A stretch of DNA of 63,899 nt, filler included, from Octopus bimaculoides (GCF_001194135.2; 9 parts of 9 records of this genome joined end to end with filler, not necessarily neighbours in it), one strand, 5' to 3'. Positions 38,491 to 52,484 are shown, counted from the first letter of the whole stretch. Notes: generated from the letters alone by a model not told the origin. Numbers and translations: made by a program.

Positions 38491-39579
38491 TAATGATTTC
38501 ATTTATTTGACATAAAGGCGAATGATGACGGGACAATATTAAGACAGACATAAGGTGTTGGGGCTTACATATAATGAAATGATAAAAAAAAAAGTATGTA
38601 TACACGGTATACACTGAAAAAGAAAGGACAAACATACGATGGTTAAAATATAAGTGGCGGGGAGGACGATAAAGAGGTAGCCCTCCTTATACAAGACGAC
38701 TTCTAGATATAATTGAGGAATCCCACTGCCCGAGATTTCCCTGAACACCAAGAGCAAGTGCCTTCTCCAATTCCATCTTCACGACTTACAGGTCTACACT
38801 GAAAGAGGCAACATCCATTTTTGCCATTTTCGCAACATTCACCCACCTTTTAATAATCTCACTCGAGTACAGCTCTTCCTTCTCCACTCTCAATTTCCTT
38901 TTGAAGTGAAACCTAAAGTCAATAAGTGCTCTACCAAAGAAGCATGCATCTGTTCTCATGCCCTTCACCCTCGTCCACGAAACACAAACTTTTTCGTTGC
39001 CCCCACCAACCAAAGGAAAACTGCCTTTCCTGCCCGATTGAAAGAGGTCGATGGAGCGATCATCAGTACAGACTCGGTCAATAGACGGATCCGTCCCACA
39101 CGCGCAGCCAGCTGTTCGACATAACCCAACAAGTCAGCAATGCCAGGATACTGAACTCTGCGCGCACCTAGGACAAGCTCGACTGACAGTACATTCGTGT
39201 CTGTAGAGTTTATCTCGAATCAGTAGCACCCCGCTCCCAGTAGCACTGCAACACCAAGGACATCTGGAAAGTATCCATATTTCCAGACCGGAAAGTCCTC
39301 TGAAACATATACTAGCCAGTTCGTTCTCGTCGGTGCCTTGAATCTCCTCAAGAACGTCGTCGCACTTCCCCGCCACTAATCCTCTATAAATTTCTAAAGC
39401 GGAACATCCACTGATCTCATTGTCCGACTGGTAGAGGGCTGTGGGTGCCTCACGACATTCTAGGTGCCAGGCGCTCAGTCTTGGTTTTTCTTCAACCAGG
39501 TCTGCAACTCCGTCAAAAGGACGAGCTGCAGAAAGACGAACCTCACACACAGAACACACACACTCTCACCGTCCAGAAA
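38488..39579 (-). mobile_element. Tx1/L1-clade LINE, 5'-truncated: C-terminal zf-RVT region plus 3' UTR
   Basis: Minus-strand remnants KPRLSAWHLECREA, LLIRDKLYRH...CPRC (zinc-binding region) and WTRVKGM...FHFKRKLRVE...KRWVNVAKMAKM. The 3' end reads caaataaatgaaatcattatt. Confidence 0.85.
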
Positions 39580-40950
39580 TCAAGGGGAACAAATAGATAA
39601 TTTTTGGCCTATAACTTCCTAAAAGCAAATTATAAGATTTTGGCCAAAGTCCTAGCCAAGGGGTTGGTGCTTGTCGTTGATAAACTGGTTGGTACTGCAC
39701 ACGCATGCGCTATCCCGAACAGATATATCCACAACAACCTCCACCCCAAATGCTACATCATAGAGAGGTTGGGGAAAGAAGCTAGCGATCAATCAAATGC
39801 TTTCGACAGAGTCGACCAATAATACGTAGAGTTTGACTTCGTGCCAGTTTCCGTCCCGTTTTCAGAGCTAGGATCGCTGCAATGTACAGCAACATCTACT
39901 CGATGGTCAAAGTAAATGGCCACCTAACAGAATCATTTAGAAACACTCGTTCGCTCAAGTATCTACCCACTCTCATCCCTTCTGCACGTTCTGGCTCTGG
40001 AGCCAGTCCCAAGGAAGTTAAATATTTCGTGGGGCATCCCGCGTGAGATAAGATACAGAAGGTTCGCGTCGTCTTATGCGTACGATGTCACCGTAATAGT
40101 GTCGGACAACTCGGAAATGGAGGAGATCAACGCTACGTAAGGGAGTATGAAGAAGTCACTGAAGCAAAGATTAATCATGACAAGTCGGTGGACCTGCAGC
40201 TTGGCACCTGGAGACGCAGGACTATGCCAACCGACAGCATTGTAGGGAGCTGGACCGAAGGACATGTTAAATTGCACGGGGTCTGGTTTAGTCTGGACGT
40301 CTAGCTGGACAAGAACTGGGGGGAGGTGACGAGTAGGGTCGTTAATCTCATCCACAAATGGGCAAAGAGTAAAGTGTCCCTAAAGGGGCAGACGGAGGTG
40401 GCGAATACGTACGTCGCTTCCGTTATCTACTACCGCTTGACCGCGGTCCCTTGCCCTGCTTTGTGGATGATTAAGCTGGAGCGCTTGTTCTTCCAGTTTC
40501 TGTGGAAAGGATGTGTCCGCTCGTCAGCCGCTAAGTGGAGGACTGTGCATGCTATGGATAATGATGCGCAGACAGGCGCTAATGCTGCGACATCACCAGC
40601 GTTTTTTCTCACGGTGAGCGGGTATAGTCACCATTTGTTAGAGAGGATTTTCTGCAGCTTGTCTCGTTGACTGAACTACAGTCTTGCTTGAGGTGTAAAC
40701 CAAGAAAGGGCGCGTGACACTTGGAGTGTCAGCAAGCGGTGGTAACTAGGATGTGTGGAGTTTCTAGGTTGGTCCTGGAATGAACTCCCCGCTTTTAGAG
40801 AATTTTTTGCTTTACTTTTATTGTTAATGTTTTTAGATGTTTTTCTTTTACACGACTTCGTACTAAAGCCCACTTATGCCTTGTGTTGTATTGTCCCCAT
40901 GTGTTGTGTGCTCGGCCCTTGTAACCAATAAAGAAAACATTATTATTATA
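39580..40950 (+). mobile_element. Tx1/L1-clade LINE, RT domain remnant with internal deletion and 3' tail
   Basis: NYKILAKVLAK...DQSNAFDRVD, LLHVLALEP, SYAYDVTV (YADD decayed) and SLKGQTEVANTYVASVIYYRL...FFQFLWKG. It ends cccttgtaaccaataaagaaaacattattatt. Confidence 0.9.
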
Positions 40951-41942
40951 TATTTTTTTTATCCTATTACTGCAAAGGCTATACTAAGGAATAATTGTTG
41001 TTATATTATTTACTTTCGTTTTTCATTTCTTGATTTTAAGTTTTGCTGGAATGTCAAAATCATAAATAGAAAATTCGATTAAATTTACTCAGCATAATCT
41101 TTAGTAACTCTATGTTTTTACAAGAAATAATTACTGTTTAACATTCAAATTTATATTTTCGACAACTTTTCATGAACTCCCTCTCAGAAAGAAACTGAAT
41201 TTATCCTTCTATGCAATACCTATAAAATGCAATATTTATAGAAAATATTGCATGTGTTGTAGTATTATCAGATCCACGTTATATGCACTCCAACCCATTA
41301 GATGCTGTGAAATCTTTTTGATATAAACTAAAAAGTATTCTGTGAAACCCGACTACATAGTCTTCGACATTTGTCTGACATATTGTCTTGGTATTTCTAG
41401 AATTTTCGCTTTCTCCAGCTGTTATCAAATGTAATGAAAATAAGAGTAATAAACCTAGCAAATTAAATGCCTGCAGTCTGGAATTTAGATATTTTCAAAT
41501 TTTAAATTACAGTGGGTGATATTACATCGTCTGTATTTACGATAATGATGATAACTTTGAGTTATTCATAAAATATTAAAATACAACAGAAAATCTTTGG
41601 CACAAACAGCTGAACATTACTGTTTCTATTTCGCGTGAGAAAATATCTGCCAACGCGTCAATGGGTCGTGTTTCATAACCAGTATTGAGCAGTGCTCATA
41701 GTCAGGACAGAAACCGACGCTGACTAACTTCATTCATTTGCAATTAGTTAATAGTGATTTATGACAATACTAAACCGATTTCATAAAAAAGAGGTAGCTG
41801 AAAATATTTTATTGCAGAAAGTAAAACTGTTCATCAAAGACTCAATCCCAAGACCTACAGTAGAGTTGTTTGTGAACTCTATGAATTCTGCCACTATTTA
41901 TATGTAAGGATTTGTTTTCCTATGATCTATTAATCTATGTCC

Positions 41943-42187
41943 TCTCAGTGGAACAGCCTACTCGTGAAATTAACGTGTAGATGGCTAAGCATTTCACAGA
42001 ATCTCAGGGAGATTCAACGCGACACAGAGTATGACAAGATAGGCCCTTTGAATTACAGATACAACTCACTTTTGTCAGCTGAGTGGACTGGAGCAACGTG
42101 AAATAAAGTATCTTGCTCAAGGCCACAATGAGCCACTGGGAATCGAATTCCCGACCTTACTCTAATCACTAAGCCACGCGCTTTCAC
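41943..42187 (-). mobile_element. SINE family D (tRNA head, family C-like 3' body), internally deleted
   Basis: The reverse complement reads gtgaaagcgcgtggcttagtg...gaattcgattccc...cttgagcaagatactttatttcacgttgctccagtcc...ttaatttcacgagtaggctgttcc. Confidence 0.8.
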
Positions 42188-42497
42188 ATTAATCTAAGTA
42201 AACTTCCTTTAATACCCGCGAGATACACACCTCTCTTCTACTCATTAACTTTCTGATTGCCTTTTCTCACCCTATAGTGGTTCACACTCTAAATATCACT
42301 GAATCTCTCTTACCCAGATTACATTGGCTTTTTACGTCTTTTTGAGAAAGATTCAAACTAAGCATAACCTTCAGTAGTTTAATTTGTCATGCAATCATCA
42401 CACATCATCGACTCTACATGTGCCTAAAATAGTAGGAAACTGTTTTAATCCCTCTACAAGTGTGTAAGGAACGAGAAAAGAGTATTGTAAATATCTT

Positions 42498-43195
42498 GGG
42501 ATTTTTTCCTTTTGAACGGCACATCGAGAAATTAATTTTTTGTAACTAAACCCTTTCAAACTTCGGACACTGATAGAACGTGTCATATAAAACATATTTT
42601 ACTGTTAGTGCTGTTGCGAAAGTTTATATTTTTAAAGTTATTTCGTGTTAAAATGGTCGTTTTAGGGATGGGTTAGGGATGGGTTAGGGTTAAGGTTTTA
42701 GGGTTACAGTTACAGTTAGTGTTGGGGGTTCTAGGGTTAGAGTTCCGGAAAAATGTGGAAACTGAAGAAATTGGAGGGTGAGGGGGTAAAAATGTCTCCG
42801 AAAATAGTAGCTGAAAAACAGGAAAAAAAAAACCAAACGATTGTGGTGGTGCCATGAAGTAAACATGCTTCAGTTACAGTCGTTTATTCATACAAACGTA
42901 ACTGAGATGAAAAATGTCATAAATAACAGTGACAAACGAAATATACACCGCCGGAAGTTGTTGTTGACAAACAACAGCAGTAATTGTTTTCACCTAAACA
43001 GACGTCATTGATTGGTTGAAATTACCGAAATACAACAACTTTAGCACGAAATAATTTCGAAAATGCACAATTTTCTCAAAAACGCTAACAGTAAATGATG
43101 TTTTATGTGACACATTCTACCAGTATACGAACTTTTAAAGTGTTTAGTTACAGAACATTATTTTTTAAATGTGCCGGCCAAAGGGAAAAGATCTA
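42498..43195. mobile_element. Foldback/MITE-like element with long imperfect TIRs (~170 bp) and internal telomere-like tract
   Basis: The left arm ...cggcacat...tgtaactaaac...tagaacgtgtcatataaaacat..ttactgttag...ttatttcgtg is the reverse complement of the right arm cacgaaataa...ctaacagtaa..atgttttatgtgacacattcta...gtttagttaca...atgtgccgg. (TTAGGG)-like repeats lie at 42661-42745. Confidence 0.8.
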
Positions 43196-43539
43196 TATCC
43201 TGTATTATCATTCTCGGAGTTTTTGACTAGGAGTTTTTAATTAACTGTACTCTGTTCATTAGGTTGTCCTGTATGTTTGTTTTGCATAAGACATCATTTA
43301 CTACTACCATCACAAGCTACAAGCTCCCGTCCAACAGTCTATTAGAATCGTTTACATCTAATAGACTACAGATTTTCGGCTTTGAAACTAAACTAGACAA
43401 TATTTGAGAAAGCATATGTGTTTTATAAACTACCTCCACGGGTGGTCGCCACACACTATGCTGCATAATATCATTAAGCATTACGGTGCACATAAATTCC
43501 GATTATATTTAATTTCATTTAAAATTTCATTTTGAGATG

Positions 43540-43668
<129 letters not shown>

Positions 43669-45319
43669 CAAATGCTCCTCTTTCATTTGTAACTACGATA
43701 TATTACATTACTATTTTGAAATAGCTCTTTATTTACGCTCTTTTCATTATTTTCTGCTTCTATCTTTTCTATCGTTTTCTTTTTTCTTTTGCTACATTTT
43801 AGAATAATTTCCGTTACACATTTCCGACATAGCTACGTACTCTTTCATAATTCCGTATACATTATACATTTTGTCTAAAGTTTGCTATACATTTTATAGT
43901 TAAAATGAAGCGATTACGGGATAAAGATCTTACCATATTGCAGAAAATATTTCAAACAAGCTAGTTCCGATGAGAGGATTTGCCATCCTTGTCCATTATC
44001 AGGTCTTTGTAATTGCTGGATTCAATTGCCTATAGTGTTTCTTTGCAAACAAATGACATCTTTCTAATGCAAAGAAAGTAATATTACAAGTGATTAATGT
44101 ATAAGGGGCCGATGTTGAAAAGGTGCACATTTTGCTAGTCAAGAAAACAGTGTAACTAAATTGTTTCCGCGCGATCTGAATACAGCTACAAAATGCAAGC
44201 ATGCATCCCACCGTTTTCCCACAATACTGTAATCATGGAATGCATCTAAACCTTTTGTAAATGAAACCAATATATTCAACCCAAATCAAATACATAAACG
44301 AAAACATTCTGGCAGAAGACAATGACGACTTACTTTCATTACTTTATTACGGTAGTTTCTTTCGAAACTATCACAATAAATTTCACAATACATTATTTCC
44401 TTCTAAAACATCGAAATATTGATAAAATTTGATATCATAAAGACGTTGGATTCACTAAAGTATTACTGTGATAAATAAACACTGTTCAATTCTGACTCTT
44501 CAGAAGATATCGACATTTTATTGTCATGTATTCTGTGAAGAAAAAATTAAGCGCAACGAACGTATAAATTTCCTCTTTTCATCCGGAAGTTTATGTTTTA
44601 GTGTCTACTAAATGACGTTTTATACAATTTTTTGTTCATTATCCTAGTAATCGCTTAACCCTGCAGCTAATTGGTGATAATTAGGACAAAGGATTCGCTC
44701 TTTACAGAGCAAATTAAAGAAAGACAACGTGACTGTTGTACAAAATCAAATAAATAAATGGAAGGTTTTCTTCATATTTACACTTTTCAACATTTAGTTT
44801 CTAAGTTGCACATTACAGTTTAATTACTAGTTGGTTCAAGTGTCAATTTTATATACATGTTTTCTACATTACAAAATATACCTTATACAATATTTTCCCC
44901 ACCGGCAAGCCGTGGCTCCATTATGCATTTCTTTAAAACACTCAATATATGGCCCTACAAGGAACATCTATTTATGATCATTGTTTTTCTGATAGTCCTG
45001 AATTTGAAAATATAATATTATTTGAAATCACACTTCAAAAAATAGTGAATCAGTTAACGGTAATTATGCTTTTATCTCACTTAATATTTTTTATTAGATA
45101 AAGTACGCTTAATAGAATTAAAACTTCCTGATATCTAAAACTATAATTACAAAGAGATGCGCTTTTTCTCATAGTTAAAAATATATTAAACAAGTTTTGA
45201 AACGAAAATGTATAAATTGAGTACAGAAATGCGATAAAATGAAGGCTTATAAAATAATGCAAGATCTAGAAGTTTTTTCTTTCTTTTTTTTGTTTTTGTA
45301 TTATTTTTCACCATTACTG

Positions 45320-45487
45320 AAGTGGCGCGATGGACGAAATGCTTCGCTGATTTTCGCCCGTCAGTGCGTTCTGGGTTCAAATTCCGCCGATGTCGAGTTG
45401 ACCTTTCATCTTTTCTGTGTCGATAAAATAAATACCAGTTGAACACTGGGGTCGAGGTAATCAACTCATCCTCTACCCCAAATTGCA
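45320..45487 (+). mobile_element. SINE family A, 5'-eroded
   Basis: gaaatgcttcgc...ttctgggttcaaattccgccga...gtcgataaaataaataccagttgaacactggggtcg. Confidence 0.8.
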
Positions 45488-45899
45488 ATTATTATGATTT
45501 TAGAATCTCTCAAACCTCATATTTTGACACTCCAATGCTCTAAATAAGAGAACTATTAAACATTTGAAGGAATTTGAAAATATAGAAATATGATTAGAAG
45601 CTAGAAAACTCAAGCAAATCCAAAATGAAAGCATTATGAAGCAATAGTACATAAAACTTACGAAGAAATTCCCGGCACTTTATGAGTTTATAGGTTACAA
45701 GTCATTTATAATAATTAAGTGATAGACAAAACATATAAAGAAGCGAAGATGAACATTTCTAAAGAAAATTTAATTTCGCTTACACGTCAAATATTTAAAT
45801 CAGAAAATTTTCAGACTCTAAAAATATTAGCTACAGAAAATTTTATTTAGAATGCTCTCTTTTATTATTTATGCGATTCATTTTTTACTACTTTCATAG

Positions 45900-46025
45900 T
45901 ACGGCCATGTTGGGGCACCGCCTAAAGGAATTTTTAGTCGAATGAAACGACCTCAGTCCTGATTTTCTTTTAAGTCTGGTATTTATTTTATCGGTCTTAT
46001 TTGGCAAAACGCTACGTTACTGGAC
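45900..46025 (-). mobile_element. SINE family B 3' fragment
   Basis: ggccatgttggggcaccgcc...tttagtcga...tttattttatcggtc. Confidence 0.7.
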
Positions 46026-48166
46026 CAAATACGGGCCATCTTAACATATGGAAATACACCAGTACTGAACTTTCACCAGCAATGTTTCTTCCAGTTCACC
46101 AATATTATATTTCAAATACCAACGAATAGTTTGTAACGACAAAGAATTTAGAGGGAACACAATCGCTAGTCAAGAGGCTCCCTGTCAGCAACATGTAGAA
46201 TATGTACTGCCAAGGACAAAACTCACGAAAACATTTCTACAAATTAACATAGGTATTAATTTTTGACCTCAAAAAAGGGAAAAATATATTACGTAATCAA
46301 AATAAGAGAATAAGATGAACATATACTAAAGTAGATAGCGAAATACTTAGTCGCACAGAACATTCATATCTACCAACAATAGATTAGTGACCGTCCACAC
46401 ATATTGAACATATGAACAATATGTCGGCCATATCCAGCGAGGTAAATTGATTTATGGAAGACACTTACTAAGCGAACTGCACAAACATCAGGAAAACCAA
46501 ATGCATGAAGTGTATTGAACTATTCTGTACCACACTGTTACATGTTAATAATTTTTAATTGTTATACCGACCATAAGTACGGTAAGCTAATATTCTAATG
46601 CTTCTGAAAATGCTAGATACTAACGAGCTAATCTGCTAAAAATCTAGTTTGTTCCAATATACGGAGTAGATAGCAACAACTTAATTGCTTACACCAACTC
46701 ACACTCTCTCACGCACACGCACATATAAATATATGTATGTATATGTGTGAGTGTGTGTATGTACTTGTGTGTGTGTGTATTTACATATATTGACATATGA
46801 GTTATATATATATACTAAAAGTGTGGAAAGAATATTTAACATGCAACAAGTGTCTGAGGAGCATATGGCCATTGTAAAGGTCAGAGAATGTGCTGTAAGG
46901 GCTTTCACGGGCACAAGCACATCGATTAACCAATTTATCATGTGATCAATTATCTAATTGATTGTTAATAAAATCATAGTGAGAGATAATTATTCAACGT
47001 GTTTATAATGCCAGATTGACCTCCAATATACATATACATATATATGGAAAAAGGTCAAGGTAGAAAATCCTAAAATAATTTTATAAGAAAAAATTTCAGT
47101 ACCAGGTTCGGTCATTGAGACTTTTTCAACTGTAAGTATGGAAAACAATTAAATTTTGGAAAAATTAAATGAAAAGATTTTCAAAAGAATATTTCCATAG
47201 TATTCAAATACAAAGAAAATGCCCCATGAATTTGAATACTATGCAAATATATATATATGTATATATCAATATATATATATATATATANNNNNNNNNNNNN
47301 NNNNNNNNNNNNNNNNNNNNNNNNNNNNNNNNNNNNNNNNNNNNNNNNNNNNNNNNNNNNNNNNNNNNNNNNNNNNNNNNNNNNNNNNNNNNNNNNNNNN
47401 NNNNNNNNNNNNNNNNNNNNNNNNNNNNNNNNNNNNNNNNNNNNNNNNNNNNNNNNNNNNNNNNNNNNNNNNNNNNNNNNNNNNNNNNNNNNNNNNNNNN
47501 NNNNNNNNNNNNNNNNNNNNNNNNNNNNNNNNNNNNNNNNNNNNNNNNNNNNNNNNNNNNNNNNNNNNNNNNNNNNNNNNNNNNNNNNNNNNNNNNNNNN
47601 NNNNNNNNNNNNNNNNNNTATATATATATATATATATATTTATATGTATAATAAATGAAAATGCCCTATAAATAAACAACGATAGATAGAATACAAATAC
47701 GCATAGTGAGTGTACAACCGGACTGGAGACAGACACAAAATCTCCCTAATTCTTCATCAGGTATCAGCCAAACGGTAGTACTCGTACACTGATAACTTCC
47801 CATGTTGGTGGTACCCTCCAAAGCCGGGGAGAATGTAGACCTCGAGCAAGTAAAACACCACAAAGAGGACATACAAAATCTTTTTTTTTTAATGTAATTT
47901 GAGACGATGAACTAAGACGAAATAAATAGGAAACGAGCAAAATACAAGAATGGTGGGTAATGCTTAGAAGAAATCCTAAGGGGTTTAGAAAACATCAAAT
48001 GGCTCTCGCGTTCGTTTGTACACTCAGTATACGTATACGTTTTTTACCTGTCGTTGTTTAGGCACGCGGTTTTGGAAGAAGAAAGTAAAATACGTTGTAT
48101 AGAAATTTGGAATTCTAAATTCAATTTATTCTTCAATTAGGAAATAAATTCTCAATTCATAATACA

Positions 48167-48228
<62 letters not shown>

Positions 48229-48229
48229 G

Positions 48230-48511
48230 GATGACCTAAAATTATACGCTAAAAATGACAAAGAGCTGGAAACACTACTACAGACAGTACATGGCTTTAC
48301 CAAGGAAATAGATATGAAATTCGGATTAGAAAAATGTGCCTAAGCAATCCTGAAAAGAGGAAAATTAGTTAAAAGTAGCAACATCACACTAGATAAAGCC
48401 AATGAAATAAGAGAACTAGACGAAAGCCAACCATACAAATATTTAGGAGTCAATGAACTAGATAGGATACAACACACACAAATGAAAGAAAAAATAAAGA
48501 AAGAGTACTAT
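48230..48511 (+). mobile_element. Non-LTR retrotransposon RT fragment (R4/Dong-like), joined to an (AAT)n run
   Basis: Translates DDLKLYAKNDKELETLLQTVHGFTKEIDMKFGLEKCA*AILKRGKLV...YKYLGVNELDRIQHTQMKEKIKKEYY, corresponding to RT motifs 5-7. It is cut off by a gap. Confidence 0.8.
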
Positions 48512-48669
48512 NNNNNNNNNNNNNNNNNNNNNNNNNNNNNNNNNNNNNNNNNNNNTTAATTAATTAANNNNNNNNNNNNNNNNNNNNNNNNNNNNNNNNN
48601 NNNNNNNNNNNATATATATATACATATACATATATGTATATACTCTTTTACTCTCTTTTATATACATAT

Positions 48670-48768
48670 ATCAGTTTTCCGTCTACTAAATCCAATCAAA
48701 ATGTTTTTTGTCGACCTGAGGCAATAGTAGAAGACACTTGCTGAAGGTGGGACGGAGTGGGACTGAAC
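48670..48768 (-). mobile_element. SINE family B fragment
   Basis: cagttttccgtctactaaatcc...atagtagaagacacttgc...gtgggactgaacc. Confidence 0.75.
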
Positions 48769-49380
48769 CTCCTAGCAGGTGTTCATACGTACAGACATTT
48801 ATAATGTATTCAAAATTGGTTTATTTAATTATGGTATATTTAAGTTTGATTAAACGAACACATTACATATAACTCAATATATGGGGTTATATATTATATT
48901 ATCGTTTATCCGTACAAAGATACAGCAGTGATTCAAGAGCAGCCTTTACGTTCGTTTCCCTTGGACAACATCCGTGGCGGCGCGAGGGAACACTGACATG
49001 CGTAAGAGACTACTGGTCTTCTACACACAAATTTTCCGGACCTGGGAACCTCCTATAGGAAATGCCATGCTCATTGATCAATAGATACACATAGACATAG
49101 CTAGTATATAATGGGCAAATAATTATTGAGATATTTCCCGATTTTGTAAAAACAAAGCATTTCAAAGAAAATTGTTAAAACATTTGGTAATACATTAAAA
49201 TTTTGTGATTATCGGAGACAGAAAAAAACCAACGCCTAAAGACAGATTTCCACCACATAGACAGATGTGGATAAATTGCAAATTAAAAGGAGATATCCAC
49301 GATAAGAATTTAATTTATTCAGCACAACAAACATAAATATACGAGCTGAAAGACGCCTAAGAGCACATATGTGTAAGTGT

Positions 49381-49419
<39 letters not shown>

Positions 49420-50229
49420 NNNNNNNNNNNNNNNNNNNNNNNNNNNNNNNNNNNNNNNNNNNNNNNNNNNNNNNNNNNNNNNNNNNNNNNNNNNNNNNNN
49501 NNNNNNNNNNNNNNNNNNNNNNNNNNNNNNNNNNNNNNNNNNNNNNNNNNNNNNNNNNNNNNNNNNNNNNNNNNNNNNNNNNNNNNNNNNNNNNNNNNNN
49601 NNNNNNNNNNNNNNNNNNNNNNNNNNNNNNNNNNNNNNNNNNNNNNNNNNNNNNNNNNNNNNNNNNNNNNNNNNNNNNNNNNNNNNNNNNNNNNNNNNNN
49701 NNNNNNNNNNNNNNNNNNNNNNNNNNNNNNNNNNNNNNNNNNNNNNNNNNNNNNNNNNNNNNNNNNNNNNNNNNNNNNNNNNNNNNNNNNNNNNNNNNNN
49801 NNNNNNNNNNNNNNNNNNNNNNNNNNNNNNNNNNNNNNNNNNNNNNNNNNNNNNNNNNNNNNNNNNNNNNNNNNNNNNNNNNNNNNNNNNNNNNNNNNNN
49901 NNNNNNNNNNNNNNNNNNNNNNNNNNNNNNNNNNNNNNNNNNNNNNNNNNNNNNNNNNNNNNNNNNNNNNNNNNNNNNNNNNNNNNNNNNNNNNNNNNNN
50001 NNNNNNNNNNNNNNNNNNNNNNNNNNNNNNNNNNNNNNNNNNNNNNNNNNNNNNNNNNNNNNNNNNNNNNNNNNNNNNNNNNNNNNNNNNNNNNNNNNNN
50101 NNNNNNNNNNNNNNNNNNNNNNNNNNNNNNNNNNNNNNNNNNNNNNNNNNNNNNNNNNNNNNNNNNNNNNNNNNNNNNNNNNNNNNNNNNNNNNNNNNNN
50201 NNNNNNNNNNNNNNNNNNNNNNNNNNNNN

Positions 50230-51295
50230 NTATGAATACATACACATATATATACATATATATATATATTGAGACAGAAGATAGACAGAGAGAGAGACGA
50301 CACAAACGCACCTTTATATGAAAATACACAGAATTTTACACACACACTCAAGCGCACGCAAATACACACATACACGCACACACATATATATATATGTATC
50401 ATGTTTTTATAAAGGTATATATATATTTTTATATATTTGTACGTTTGTGTGTTTGTGTGTTGATGGTCGTGTGTGTGTGCGTGTGCGTTTGTACGTGTGC
50501 TTGTGGTTGTGTATGTTTGTGTTTATAGTGGTTTCTACGTGTGTATATTAATATACGTGTGACTACGTATATTAATATACACAGTTTGCGCCTATGAAAA
50601 AATAAAAAGAAACAAGATATATAACTTTCTTGAAATAAACATCAATTGTTATTCACACGAGAAATTTCGAGCTCTAAGTGACGTGTCTGTCAAATAGACC
50701 ATCGTGCGGACTCGTTAAGCAATCTCGAAAGAATGAATGAAATTAACCACGCACAAACTCACACATTCCCACAAACTTAATCAGTAACACAAACACATAT
50801 TCACAGATACACATAGATGTTAACACGAACAGAATAAAAAAAAATATCCCTGCACAAACACATTCAAAATAAACAGCTGGTTTTCAAATATACCGTCTGT
50901 CAAAATGAAAGAGACGGTGTTGCTTTTGTGTTTCTGTCTGAAGGTGGCGGGGTCGGTTTCTGCGTCCGAGTAGCGGGGTAGGCAGGAAAACGACACGAAA
51001 TTGTGACTGTTTTTGTTTATGTACAGGTGTGTGTGAACGTGTCAGTTTCTTTGTTTGTGTGTATGCACACCCATCTACTTATATGAACGTATATATATAT
51101 ATATATATAAATACATATATATATATATATGTATATATATATACACACACACCAACACACTCGTATATGTATATTTATATTTATATATGTATATTTGTAT
51201 ATGTTTTATATATGTGTGTATGTGTGTGTGGGTGTATTATATATATATAATATATATGAATATATAAAGATATACATTTATATATATATATATAA

Positions 51296-51326
<31 letters not shown>

Positions 51327-51470
51327 TATGTGTGTGTGCATGTGTGTGCATGTATGTGTGTGTGTCTATACAAGAATCTATGTATGTGTGTGCATTACAT
51401 CTATACATATATATTTATTTATTTATTTATTTATTTATAGATATACATATGTATATATGCATAGACACAT
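50230..51470. repeat. Compound (TA)/(CA)/(TG) microsatellites
   Basis: Directly visible at 50230-50580 and 51080-51470. Confidence 0.9.
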
Positions 51471-52127
51471 AGAAACGCACTCACAAAGTTAGTGAAAACA
51501 TTTAGATATCTTTCTCTCCCGCTCACTCTATTTCTCTCTCTTAGCCTTTCTCTGCCGTTTCTCTCTGTATCTCGTTTTTACGAAATTTTGTTTAAATACA
51601 AGAACTTGTAATGTTGATTAAAGATTAAACAATTCCGTTTATATAATGACTTACAATTGTTATACTTATTGGAAACATTCTTTGACGTTCTGAATGTTTT
51701 AAGTTTAAAGAATAATATTTCTAGATAATTGTATGCAGTTGTTGACACATTTAACAAAAATCAAACATGAGCTGCACTTTATTAAAGTACGATTAAGGAT
51801 TCTGATGATGTTTTGTCAATGTGTGATATTCAATTTGGGGGGCTGAAATCGGTTCAAATAACTTCTTTTTCATTAGCGCTTCATATAGTCGATAAAAGGT
51901 AATTCAGCATAGAAAGTACCGGGCCAAAGATCAATCAGCATTTACTCCGTTACTTTGTCGATCCTGTTGAGCTGTTACTTCAAGGTGATGAAACATAGCG
52001 ACATATGGCTCTTCGATTTGGTTAGCAACGAGAAAATTTCAAAGCTGGATCATATCGCTGGGTTTTAACTATAAATTTGTCTATCACATGTTCGCATGTT
52101 TGTGGCCACTATATATCGATACACTGT

Positions 52128-52167
<40 letters not shown>

Positions 52168-52484
52168 NNNNNNNNNNNNNNNNNNNNNNNNNNNNNNNNN
52201 NNNNNNNNNNNNNNNNNNNNNNNNNNNNNNNNNNNNNNNNNNNNNNNNNNNNNNNNNNNNNNNNNNNNNNNNNNNNNNNNNNNNNNNNNNNNNNNNNNNN
52301 NNNNNNNNNNNNNNNNNNNNNNNNNNNNNNNNNNNNNNNNNNNNNNNNNNNNNNNNNNNNNNNNNNNNNNNNNNNNNNNNNNNNNNNNNNNNNNNNNNNN
52401 NNNNNNNNNNNNNNNNNNNNNNNNNNNNNNNNNNNNNNNNNNNNNNNNNNNNNNNNNNNNNNNNNNNNNNATATATAAACATAT

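Noticed and set aside
46845-46915. CTGAGGA-GCATAT...ATGTGC hammerhead-like start (also weak candidates at ~2766, ~6130, ~23595, ~56920)
   Set aside because: GAAA or CUGANGA is mutated and stems I/III are not convincing.
48920-48995. Possible exon (open frame YSSDSRAAFTFVSLGQHPWRREGTLTC followed by gtaag)
   Set aside because: No recognisable protein and a weak acceptor. The sequence looks like a decayed interspersed-repeat tail.
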